The notes below the pieces were generated by a model. It saw nothing but the letters and a program-made list of their open reading frames with translations, was not told where the DNA came from and searched no databases. Shown piece by piece: positions 8,519 through 16,427 of a DNA stretch of 64,000 nt. This DNA is from a bacterium (GTDB lineage: Bacteria; Bacteroidota; Bacteroidia; CAILMK01; JACPUW01). Both the position numbers and the translations under genes were made by a program. The stretch is from the NCBI GenBank assembly GCA_016124515.1, contig WGNN01000088.1, positions 15,392 to 79,391 on the forward strand, given 5' to 3'. Position 1 is the first letter of the stretch. Every line of letters starts with the position of its first letter.

Positions 8519-8685
8519 CAACCCGTTTGGTTGGCTGTGCCGAACCGGTTTGGTAGGGGAAGTCGAACCCGTTTGGGGAGCAGGGCCGAACCCGTTTGGG
8601 GAGCGGAGTCGAACCGGTTTGGTGGGGGAAGTCGAACCCGTTTGGTGGGGGAAGTCGAACCCGTTTGGTGAGCGGAGTCGAACCA
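8519..8685. repeat. 23-nt head-to-tail direct repeats, block 1 (8 unit starts)
   Basis: CGAACC(C/G)GTTTGG(T/G)G(GGGGAAGT/AGCGGAGT) units start at 8519, 8541, 8564, 8587, 8610, 8633, 8656 and 8679. The spacing is 22 nt once and then 23 nt. Confidence 0.95.
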
Positions 8686-8802
8686 AAAAAAGGCTTCCTT
8701 CACCTTCGTATATAATAATATCACCCCTTCGGGGTTCTTTTTGGATGGGACGTTTATCACCCCTTCGGGGTTTTGTAGTGCTTGCTTTTCGACTTAGTTT
8801 AG

Positions 8803-8923
8803 CAACCCGTTTGGTGAGCGGAGTCGAACCCGTTTGGTGGGGGAAGTCGAACCCGTTTGGTGGGGGAAGTCGAACCCGTTTGGTGAGCGGAGTCGAACCC
8901 GTTTGGTGGGGGAAGTCGAACCA
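8803..8923. repeat. 23-nt head-to-tail direct repeats, block 2 (6 unit starts)
   Basis: The same unit starts at 8803, 8825, 8848, 8871, 8894 and 8917. Like block 1, the block terminates in CGAACCAAAAAAAGGCTTCC. Confidence 0.95.
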
Positions 8924-9339
8924 AAAAAAGGCTTCCTTCACCTTCGTATATAATAATATCACCCCTTCGGGGTTCTTTTTGGATGGGACGTTTATCACCC
9001 CTTTGATGTTCTTGTGGCTCTTGGTTTGCCTTTTTATATAATAATGTCACTCCTTCGTGGTTGCTTGTTGGATGCGCCCTTATTACCCCTTCGGGGTTCC
9101 TTTTTGGATGGGATGTTTATCACCCCTTCGGAGTAGCTTCTTTAGGTGGACATTTTACCCCTTCGGGGTTCAGCTTTGGTGGAAATTACTCCATCGAAGT
9201 TGGAAACTGATTCGGTTAACGCTACTATGTAATTAATTCATTACCTTGTGGAGTTTCGCTTAAAAGCTCCAAACTAATTAGTATGTTTATTAGCCGGAAT
9301 TAGCGCAATTGGTGTTTATGCTGGTGTTGAAACATACTT

Positions 9340-10233
9340 TTAGCGGTAAACTATGTCTCTTTGCGTCTCCTGTACTTGTATATTTCCGCTGAAGGTTTTT
9401 CTATTAGTCCAGTTTTCGTATTGGTCATAAACATATTGGTAGGTTTCAGCATGGTATTCACTGCCATCACCCTTGCTTTCCAATTTTACTATATTGTCAT
9501 TTTGGTCGTATGCATAAATATTTTCATTTGTTAATGTACCCTTTGTATATGTTGACTCTTTGGTTTTCAACAAATTACTATTATACTCATAAGTAGTTTC
9601 TGAAAGTACTTCATTATTGTCATTATAAATTATTGTACTAATCAGCAAGTTGGCATCATTATATTTGAAAACTTCTCTATTCATTCCGGGAAAAAAGTAC
9701 TTGCGTTGTTCAATAAGCAAGCCTTTTGGGTTGAAACTCGAACTTTCAAAAAGTTTACTTGTATCAGAATTAAGGTAAGAATTACTTTCATAGCTCTTGT
9801 CGGCCATGTAGGTGTATTCAGTTGTAAACTCTTCAAGTCCAGTCACATCATGGTGTTCAATTGTGGTTATATGATCATTTTGGTACGAATAAATTATATA
9901 GACTTGCCTTTTACCCCTCGAGTAACGGTTTGTTGTAAGTATATTACCTTTTCCGTCATATCTGGTTTCCTCTTTCGAAATTTCCAATTCATTTTTATCA
10001 TTTCTACTGGAAACATCCAAGGTTGGATAACCATTCTCATTGAATTCAGTCGTTTGCAAAAGGTATTGGTCTTCCGGCACAAACTTTGACTCAGTTGCGT
10101 CTCTGTCAAAAACTGTTTTTGCGACTATTGATGCAATTTTTTCCGTTTTGGATGCTGGTCCAATGTCATCGCCCCTCGTGCAAGATAATGCGATGAAAAT
10201 GACACCCAATGTTGCAAATAGTAATTGTTTCAT
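9340..10233 (-). CDS. Hypothetical lipoprotein with YD-repeat-like motifs
   Basis: I moved the start to the Met at 10233, which gives the lipoprotein signal MKQLLFATLGVIFIALSC. Recurring motifs RYDGKGNIL, YAYDQNDNIV and TYEYNSNLL resemble YD/RHS-type repeats. Confidence 0.6.
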   Translation of the reverse strand: MKQLLFATLGVIFIALSCTRGDDIGPASKTEKIASIVAKTVFDRDATESKFVPEDQYLLQTTEFNENGYPTLDVSSRNDKNELEISKEETRYDGKGNILTTNRYSRGKRQVYIIYSYQNDHITTIEHHDVTGLEEFTTEYTYMADKSYESNSYLNSDTSKLFESSSFNPKGLLIEQRKYFFPGMNREVFKYNDANLLISTIIYNDNNEVLSETTYEYNSNLLKTKESTYTKGTLTNENIYAYDQNDNIVKLESKGDGSEYHAETYQYVYDQYENWTNRKTFSGNIQVQETQRDIVYR

Positions 10234-10300
10234 GCGATTATCTCCTTTTAGTTTCTGCACAGTGGCTGGTATTTCAATCGTCGGAAGCAAATTACGGTTT

Positions 10301-10891
10301 TTATTCCGTTGTCTTAACATTTACCGATTGATAATCAATTTTTAATTCCACAAACCGATACATAATGTCGGTACGTAGAACATACTTTATACCTGATATC
10401 AATTTTGCTCCTTCGTGCTCTAAGTCGTGAAAAAAGATAAGACAATTACCTTTTTTCGGCTTGATTTTCAAACCATTGAAAATTGTCTCACCACCAATAA
10501 AACCGTCGTTCAAATAAATTATTAAAGTATAAAAACTCGATTCAAATTCGCTGCGAATGTAGCTTTGGTCTCTGTGGCGTTTAAATTCTTGGTTTGGCTC
10601 GTATTTATAAAATCGGAACAATTCGTTTAAACCGACGGCTACACTATTACCGAGTTCCGCATTTACAAACCTATTTGCCTGATGCCATATACTTTCAGCC
10701 AAAATAATGTCAGAAAACAAAATCCGTTGGTTATTTCTTATGTGTTCTACAAGCTTTTGGCCCGATTCAGTTTGTACTGTTGCAGGTTCAAAACCAATTT
10801 CTTCGCTTCTCGCAATGAGTTCATCACACTGCTCAGAATTCCAAAAGCCCTCAATTTCCGTTATTTGATTAGAATGCTTGATTGGCTTCAT
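10301..10891 (-). CDS. 2OG-Fe(II) oxygenase (prolyl 4-hydroxylase-like)
   Basis: 196 aa. It has an HxD...H facial triad (FKRHRDQ and FFHDLEHEG) and a distal basic residue (KYVLRTD). Confidence 0.8.
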   Translation of the reverse strand: MKPIKHSNQITEIEGFWNSEQCDELIARSEEIGFEPATVQTESGQKLVEHIRNNQRILFSDIILAESIWHQANRFVNAELGNSVAVGLNELFRFYKYEPNQEFKRHRDQSYIRSEFESSFYTLIIYLNDGFIGGETIFNGLKIKPKKGNCLIFFHDLEHEGAKLISGIKYVLRTDIMYRFVELKIDYQSVNVKTTE

Positions 10892-11247
10892 TTGAATATC
10901 TTATTTTCCTATTATATGAAGTTATTTCCGAAACGAATGACACCTTTACAAACGAATAGGTAAATGTCGATTTATCAATTTCCCAGTTCATTGCCCGAAA
11001 ATTACTCTACCCCCCTTAATTATTTCTTGCAATAAGCCTTGAATTCATTCAGGATATACTTCCAACCAAATTCCTTCGATATGCTACTTATTGTTATACA
11101 GTTTGTCCGAATGATTTTTTCGGTTCAGTTTTAGCTTTTTATACTTGCTTAATACCAATGTCAAAATCGCAATTTTTTCATGTGCTTGAGTTGCATGTTA
11201 AATTTAAAACACTGAGCTTTAGATAATAACTTGTAGAATTTTTGGCC

Positions 11248-11763
11248 TTATACTTCTACTTTAACCTTTAGAACCCGATTCAACAATAATATGTTTTCCT
11301 TTGACCGGCGAACATCGATATCCTTAACCAATTGATGTTCTGAATTTTCTTTTTTCAAAACCAGTCTATTTCCTGCACGTATCTCCAATGCCTGAGCAAG
11401 GTAATAAGCCGAATTTCTCGGTTCAATATGAATAACCTTAAAAAAAATGGCCGCTTCTCTATTAAAACGTTTCTGCTTGTAGGGAATTATGAGTACAGTT
11501 CGAACTACAATAGATTTCTGATTAATATTAATGATCAAATAACTAAAAACATCATTTAATATATATATTAATAAGCAAATATCTAGTATCAGTACAATTA
11601 AAAAACAGGCAGTGGCCGCAAGGTCTTTTAAGAAATTATGCAAAAAGGATTCGATAAAATCATGAGTTATTAAGAACAGCGGTCCACCAATCCAAATCAG
11701 TAATGCCAATAACCTAAATGGGTGAGAATTTCTATAAAGTTTAATACGAGATAATCTTTTCAT
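11248..11763 (-). CDS. Hypothetical membrane protein (2 TM helices plus soluble C-terminal domain)
   Basis: 171-aa ORF. Hydrophobic segments are LLALLIWIGGPLFLI and AATACFLIVLILDICLLIYIL. I recognise no family. Confidence 0.5.
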   Translation of the reverse strand: MKRLSRIKLYRNSHPFRLLALLIWIGGPLFLITHDFIESFLHNFLKDLAATACFLIVLILDICLLIYILNDVFSYLIININQKSIVVRTVLIIPYKQKRFNREAAIFFKVIHIEPRNSAYYLAQALEIRAGNRLVLKKENSEHQLVKDIDVRRSKENILLLNRVLKVKVEV

Positions 11764-11888
11764 AACTTATAGCAATCACATGTTTTGATAATATACAAGG
11801 CCTTGTCAAATGATCTGAAATTTCGCTTTCACTGAATAATGGATGCATTTGACCGCCAGAACTGAGATGATTCAAGATTGTGCAAAAA

Positions 11889-12410
11889 TTATTCATTCCA
11901 TGCCCAAAGTCCAAGTTCATTATATGCCAATAAGGTTTGCTCAAATGCTTTATGTTCTTCATTTTTATGTTCGAAACTTTCAATCCAACGTGTAATATAC
12001 GTAATAAAAGGTTCAATTTTCTTTAATTCCTGAAGCTCTGATTTACTTGCTTTTTCATAAAAGTGGTCTCTCAACATTTTGTTAGACACTCCCCAATGTT
12101 TAACAAGGGGTAGCAATGAGTGAAATTCTTCAGGCACCTTATTTATATCCGGTTTTGGTGTATAAATCTCAATTTGCGAAAGCATTTCTTCAAGTCGTTT
12201 ATTGCGAGAGTTTTTCTTGGTTTTATCAATTTTTGGACGCCGATAAAGCTGTTCATACCCGATATATCCAACTAAAAATGAAAAAAGAATTATTTCATAA
12301 ACCGGATTTTTATCAATTCGGAATCTTTCACTTCTCGCAAGAATTACCAGAGGCCCAACTATTACAAGAGTGACAGCGCTGAATACAAATCTTTTTATTC
12401 TTTTATCCAT
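11889..12410 (-). CDS. Hypothetical membrane-anchored protein
   Basis: 173-aa ORF. The N-terminal TM helices are FVFSAVTLVIVGPLVIL and IILFSFLVGYIGY, followed by a charged helical C-terminal domain. I recognise no family. Confidence 0.5.
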   Translation of the reverse strand: MDKRIKRFVFSAVTLVIVGPLVILARSERFRIDKNPVYEIILFSFLVGYIGYEQLYRRPKIDKTKKNSRNKRLEEMLSQIEIYTPKPDINKVPEEFHSLLPLVKHWGVSNKMLRDHFYEKASKSELQELKKIEPFITYITRWIESFEHKNEEHKAFEQTLLAYNELGLWAWNE

Positions 12411-12677
12411 TTCAATTTTGTTACATTTTTAGTTTCATTGATAAGTATAATAAAAAGGGGTTCATTTGTTTAACATAATCATTCAGGCCCATGATTTTCT
12501 AGGATTTTCAAGTATTCTCTCTCCTACCCTACCGAAACCCAAAACTGTCTCAATAACCAAAACCATTGTGAATAATTGCTACTACACAGTTGAGAGCTAT
12601 TAAAAACACAGCTACAAATGGCATAAGGATTTATTTTGTGGCTTCTTTATTAAATTGTTGGTTATATTTATTTCCAA

Positions 12678-13331
12678 TTAAAGATTAACGAAGACCTCCA
12701 AAAATGGATCGCGGTTGACAACAGTATAATAAAACAAACCGCCAAGCCAGCCATGGAAAAGTCCCAGAATCCAGATATTTCTCACTTTAAGGTAAACATA
12801 TCCATAAAACAGCGCGAGTAGAAATGTTCCAATCACCAGCCATTCATTGGGATAGTGGAGAACTCCGAAAACAATTGCTGTCAACGTGATGATTGCAACA
12901 CGGCTTAGCTTGACCATGCGAAGATCCTGTAAATTTCCGGCCACCAAACCTATAATAAGGAATTGCTGAATTACTCCCCAAATGGGATAAATTAGAAGAA
13001 TTGGAAAAATATGCCAAGTCGGATTGATTGTCCCTTGAATCAGGCCAATTATTACGAATATTGTAACTGATAAAATTCCAAATGGAAGTACCATCCGTAT
13101 GGCTTCTTTTAAATTATCCGTTCGAAAACCCCAATATTTCATCATGTATTTGACAGATTTTCCTCTTAACCCAATGTAAACACCCCAGAAAATTATGGTT
13201 ACTGCAATAAACACAAACTTGACATCCAGGTAATCCATAAAAACGAATTTACCTAAGCCTGTTATGAGAACAGCAACTATCTCAAAAATTCTGCGATTGT
13301 CTGAAATATGAATATTTTCATTATTTACCAT
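12678..13331 (-). CDS. CPBP-family (CAAX-type) intramembrane metalloprotease-like protein
   Basis: It is polytopic. The C-terminal conserved His motifs (FGVLHYPNEW and LGLFHGWLGG) resemble CPBP motifs. I moved the start to the Met at 13331 (MVNNENIH) to remove the overlap with the upstream VOC gene. The start is uncertain. Confidence 0.65.
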   Translation of the reverse strand: MVNNENIHISDNRRIFEIVAVLITGLGKFVFMDYLDVKFVFIAVTIIFWGVYIGLRGKSVKYMMKYWGFRTDNLKEAIRMVLPFGILSVTIFVIIGLIQGTINPTWHIFPILLIYPIWGVIQQFLIIGLVAGNLQDLRMVKLSRVAIITLTAIVFGVLHYPNEWLVIGTFLLALFYGYVYLKVRNIWILGLFHGWLGGLFYYTVVNRDPFLEVFVNL

Positions 13332-13395
13332 AAAAATTTCTGCATTTGGTTTGCAAACAAGAGATAAGGGATTTCGGTAATGTTTCGTAGTTGTA

Positions 13396-13860
13396 CTACT
13401 CCGGATTGGTTTTATTACGGATGTCCTCCGAAATTCCAATCAGCAAACCTTCAACGCCTCGGATATAACAAAGGCGATAAATATTTTCATAATTAACAAT
13501 CTCACCAACAAGTTCAGCGCCTTTTGATTTGAGCCTCGACACCAACTCGTCAATGTTGTCAACTTCAAACATTACCCTCAAGTAGCCCAAGGAGTTAACC
13601 GGGGCAGTTCTGTGGTCCGACACCGTATCAGGAGTAAGAAACCGCGACAGCTCTAGTCGATTATGTCCATCGGGCGTAACCATCATTGCAATTTCTACCT
13701 GTTGCGATTCAAGTCCGGTAACGCGTCCTGACCATTCCCCTTCAACCATGCCCCGTCCTTCAAGTGTTAATCCTAATTCGGTAAAAAATGCAATTGCATC
13801 ATCGAGAGATTGTACAACAATTCCAACATTGTGCATTTGAATTACTTTGCTTTTAATCAT
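13396..13860 (-). CDS. VOC-family protein (glyoxalase/bleomycin-resistance/dioxygenase fold)
   Basis: 154 aa. The N-terminal MHNVGIVVQSLDDAIAFFTELGLTLEG is typical of a VOC beta-alpha-beta-beta-beta module. Confidence 0.85.
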   Translation of the reverse strand: MIKSKVIQMHNVGIVVQSLDDAIAFFTELGLTLEGRGMVEGEWSGRVTGLESQQVEIAMMVTPDGHNRLELSRFLTPDTVSDHRTAPVNSLGYLRVMFEVDNIDELVSRLKSKGAELVGEIVNYENIYRLCYIRGVEGLLIGISEDIRNKTNPE

Positions 13861-14397
13861 AATTTTTTAACTGATTTATTTAGCTTTAAGACCATTTTCC
13901 CAATTCATCACTACGGCATTTTATCCACTGCAATTTTGGATTGGAAACATGGGTATTTCTTTATTACAGTGGAATGTTTGTGACCTGAAAGTACTTGCAT
14001 AATTCATAAACCCATGCCACATTGTGCCATCATGCTATTATAAACTTATTAAAAGCGCAAGCCATCAAACTATTTGGCCAACAGCAACCGCATTTCCATT
14101 TGCTATTTATCCTGTTAATGGAATTTGAATTATTCAACAAAGCTTCGCCAGGTGACTCCCAAAACGCCACTTAGCTTGCCAAATTTTTAAAACCCGGCTA
14201 ACATAGTAAAAAATTCCTTATCGCATGATTTACGGAACATCCTTAACACCAATCACATTACATATTACCACACACGACAGACCATCTCGCCAAAGTCGAG
14301 ACACGGCGTACTACGGACAACTGCTACACCTTTGAACTTTGCCCCTTAAACTTTAAACTCAACACCCCTTGCACCCTCAGCACCGTTCGAAAAAAAT

Positions 14398-14497
14398 GCG
14401 GAGCAAAACAACGGGCGAAGCCCAAACATCGCCGAAGGCAAAATAACGCGAAGCAAAATAACAGGCAAAGCCCAAACATCGCCGTAGGCAAAATATC
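14398..14497. repeat. 50-bp tandem duplication (2 copies) upstream of lepA
   Basis: Copy 14398-14447 is GCGGAGCAAAACAACGGGCGAAGCCCAAACATCGCCGAAGGCAAAATAAC. Copy 14448-14497 is GCGAAGCAAAATAACAGGCAAAGCCCAAACATCGCCGTAGGCAAAATATC. There are only a few mismatches. Confidence 0.85.
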
Positions 14498-14544
14498 ACC
14501 ATTCATACTGTAATTTCGCAGCACTTTAAGCACTTTGCTAATTG

Positions 14545-16335
14545 ATGAAAAACCTTCGTAATTTTTGCATTATTGCCCATATCGATCATGGGAAATCAAC
14601 GCTTGCCGACCGCTTGTTGGAAGAAACACAAACCATTACCAACCGCGAAATGATGGACCAAATCCTTGATAATATGGATTTGGAACGCGAACGCGGCATT
14701 ACCATAAAAAGCCATGCCATACAAATGAACTATGTGCACAGCGATGGCAACACCTACGTTCTCAACCTGATTGACACTCCTGGCCACGTCGATTTTTCAT
14801 ACGAAGTATCAAGGGCTATTGCCGCCTGCGAAGGTGCTCTGCTCATTGTTGATTCTACACAAGGCATTGAAGCACAAACCATTTCAAACCTTTTTCTGGC
14901 ACTGGAGCACGACCTCACCATCATTCCGGTGCTCAACAAGGTTGACCTTGCAAGTGCCATGATTGAAGAAGTAAGCGATCAGATTGTTGACCTCATTGGC
15001 TGCGATTACGAAGACATCATTTTGGCAAGTGGAAAAACCGGAATTGGTGTGCCCAATATTTTAACCGCCATAGTTGACAAAATAGATCCGCCCAAAGGCA
15101 ATCCCGAAGCGCCTCTGCAAGCCATGATTTTCGACTCTGAGTTCAACTCGTTCCGCGGAATTATTGCCTATTTCAGGGTAAAAAACGGCACCTTGCGCAA
15201 AGGCGACAAAGTGCGTTTTGTAAACACAGGCAAAGAATACGAAGCGGATGAAATTGGCATTCTGAAACTTAAAAACCAACCGGTTGATGAAATATCGGCG
15301 GGCAATGTGGGCTACATTATTTCGGGTATTAAAGCCGCAAGCGAAGTAAAAGTGGGCGATACCATTACCCGTGTTGAAAATCCTTGTAAGGAAGCTATCA
15401 AGGGTTTTGAAGACGTGAAACCCATGGTATTTGCGGGAATTTACCCGGTAGAAACCGAAGACTTCGAAGAGTTAAGGGCGAGCATGGAAAAACTGAAACT
15501 AAACGATGCTTCACTGGTATTTGAACCCGAAACCTCAGCGGCACTCGGCTTTGGTTTCAGGTGCGGATTTTTGGGCTTGTTGCACATGGAAATCATACAA
15601 GAACGCCTTGAGCGCGAGTTTGATATGAATGTGATAACCACCGTGCCCAATGTGCCTTTTATAGTAACTAAAACCAACGGCGATAAAATACAGGTAACTA
15701 ACCCGAGCGACCTGCCCGACCCCGGCATGATGCAAATGGTGGAAGAGCCGTTTATAAAAGCACAAATCATTACCAAAAGCGACTACATAGGCCCCATAAT
15801 GAGTCTTTGTATGGACAAAAGAGGCATGCTCAAAAATCAGGTGTATTTGACCCCAACACGCGTAGAGCTTTTCTTTGAACTGCCTATGGCCGAAATTGTG
15901 TTCGACTTTTTTGATAAACTCAAATCAGTATCAAAAGGTTACGCCTCGCTTGACTACAGCCCTATTGAACACCGCGCCTCTCATTTGGTAAAATTAGACA
16001 TCAGGCTCAATGGCGAACCGGTGGACGCACTTTCAGCAATTATCCACCGCGACAAAGCCTACGATTGGGGCAAGAAAATATGTGTGAAACTGAAGGAATT
16101 GTTGCCCCGCCAGCAATTTGAAATTGCCATACAAGCTTCTATTGGAGCCAAAGTAGTAGCACGCGAAACCCTAAAAGCCCTGCGCAAAGACGTGACCGCC
16201 AAGTGCTACGGTGGCGACATTAGCCGAAAACGCAAATTGCTCGAAAAACAAAAGAAAGGAAAGAAGCGCATGAAGCAAGTAGGTAATGTTGAAATCCCAC
16301 AAACTGCTTTTTTGGCGGTATTGAAGTTAGATTAG
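14545..16335 (+). CDS. lepA: Translation elongation factor 4 (LepA)
   Basis: It has the GTPase G1 motif [25 protein letters not shown] and NKVD, followed by a full-length LepA C-terminal domain. I chose the ATG at 14545 rather than the TTG at 14542. Confidence 0.97.
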   Translation: MKNLRNFCIIAHIDHGKSTLADRLLEETQTITNREMMDQILDNMDLERERGITIKSHAIQMNYVHSDGNTYVLNLIDTPGHVDFSYEVSRAIAACEGALLIVDSTQGIEAQTISNLFLALEHDLTIIPVLNKVDLASAMIEEVSDQIVDLIGCDYEDIILASGKTGIGVPNILTAIVDKIDPPKGNPEAPLQAMIFDSEFNSFRGIIAYFRVKNGTLRKGDKVRFVNTGKEYEADEIGILKLKNQPVDEISAGNVGYIISGIKAASEVKVGDTITRVENPCKEAIKGFEDVKPMVFAGIYPVETEDFEELRASMEKLKLNDASLVFEPETSAALGFGFRCGFLGLLHMEIIQERLEREFDMNVITTVPNVPFIVTKTNGDKIQVTNPSDLPDPGMMQMVEEPFIKAQIITKSDYIGPIMSLCMDKRGMLKNQVYLTPTRVELFFELPMAEIVFDFFDKLKSVSKGYASLDYSPIEHRASHLVKLDIRLNGEPVDALSAIIHRDKAYDWGKKICVKLKELLPRQQFEIAIQASIGAKVVARETLKALRKDVTAKCYGGDISRKRKLLEKQKKGKKRMKQVGNVEIPQTAFLAVLKLD

Positions 16336-16427
16336 TCCAATTAAGCGAATATTGAAAAACTCAAAACCCCATTTTTTTGTTGCATTGTAATTTTACCACT
16401 CATTGACAATGTTACAACAGCCTTCAT

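Larger units (their letters stand above)
8361..9200. repeat. Tandem array B of the same hairpin repeat family (about 12 hairpins; nested super-units)
   Basis: Hairpin cores start at 8386, 8437, 8474, 8722, 8758 and 8960. Degenerate copies lie near 8996, 9048, 9084, 9121 and 9156. The ~75 nt from 8686 onward recur identically from 8924. All ORFs called here on both strands are repeat artefacts. Confidence 0.95.

Noticed and set aside
8519-8923. Genuine tRNA genes in the 23-nt repeat blocks (GGTTCGACTCC ... ACCA on the minus strand)
   Set aside because: Only a T-loop-like motif and an ACCA are present. There is no D-arm and no anticodon arm. Only ~10 nt follow the loop where ~16 are required, and the motif repeats every 23 nt. 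I kept it as a resemblance only.
8510-9050. Four overlapping ORFs (8510..8998, 8515..8760, 8799..9050 on the minus strand; 8550..9041 on the plus strand) covering array B
   Set aside because: The reasoning is the same as for array A. These are periodic low-complexity translations of the 23-nt and hairpin repeats in several frames and on both strands.
2275-9200. CRISPR array interpretation of the hairpin and 23-nt repeats
   Set aside because: The repeats are contiguous or separated by conserved linkers, not by unique spacers. The 23-nt units have no spacers at all. There are no cas genes and no leader-like region.
11741-12016. ORF 11741..12016 (-, 91 aa)
   Set aside because: It overlaps the 3' end of 11889..12410 in another frame, has no motifs, and is probably spurious. 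The 125-bp gap between the two membrane-protein genes is better left non-coding.
1-13860. Calling the left block a classical genomic island, prophage or ICE
   Set aside because: No integrase, transposase, tRNA attachment site, phage structural gene or conjugation gene is present. Only composition, strand bias and the flanking repeat arrays are unusual.
14324-14533. ORF 14324..14533 (-), and likewise 38575..38760 (-) and 39115..39357 (-)
   Set aside because: These are built on tandem or dispersed repeats: the 50-bp duplication, the heptamer tracts and the GC hairpins. They have no family resemblance and partly overlap the GNAT gene in another frame.
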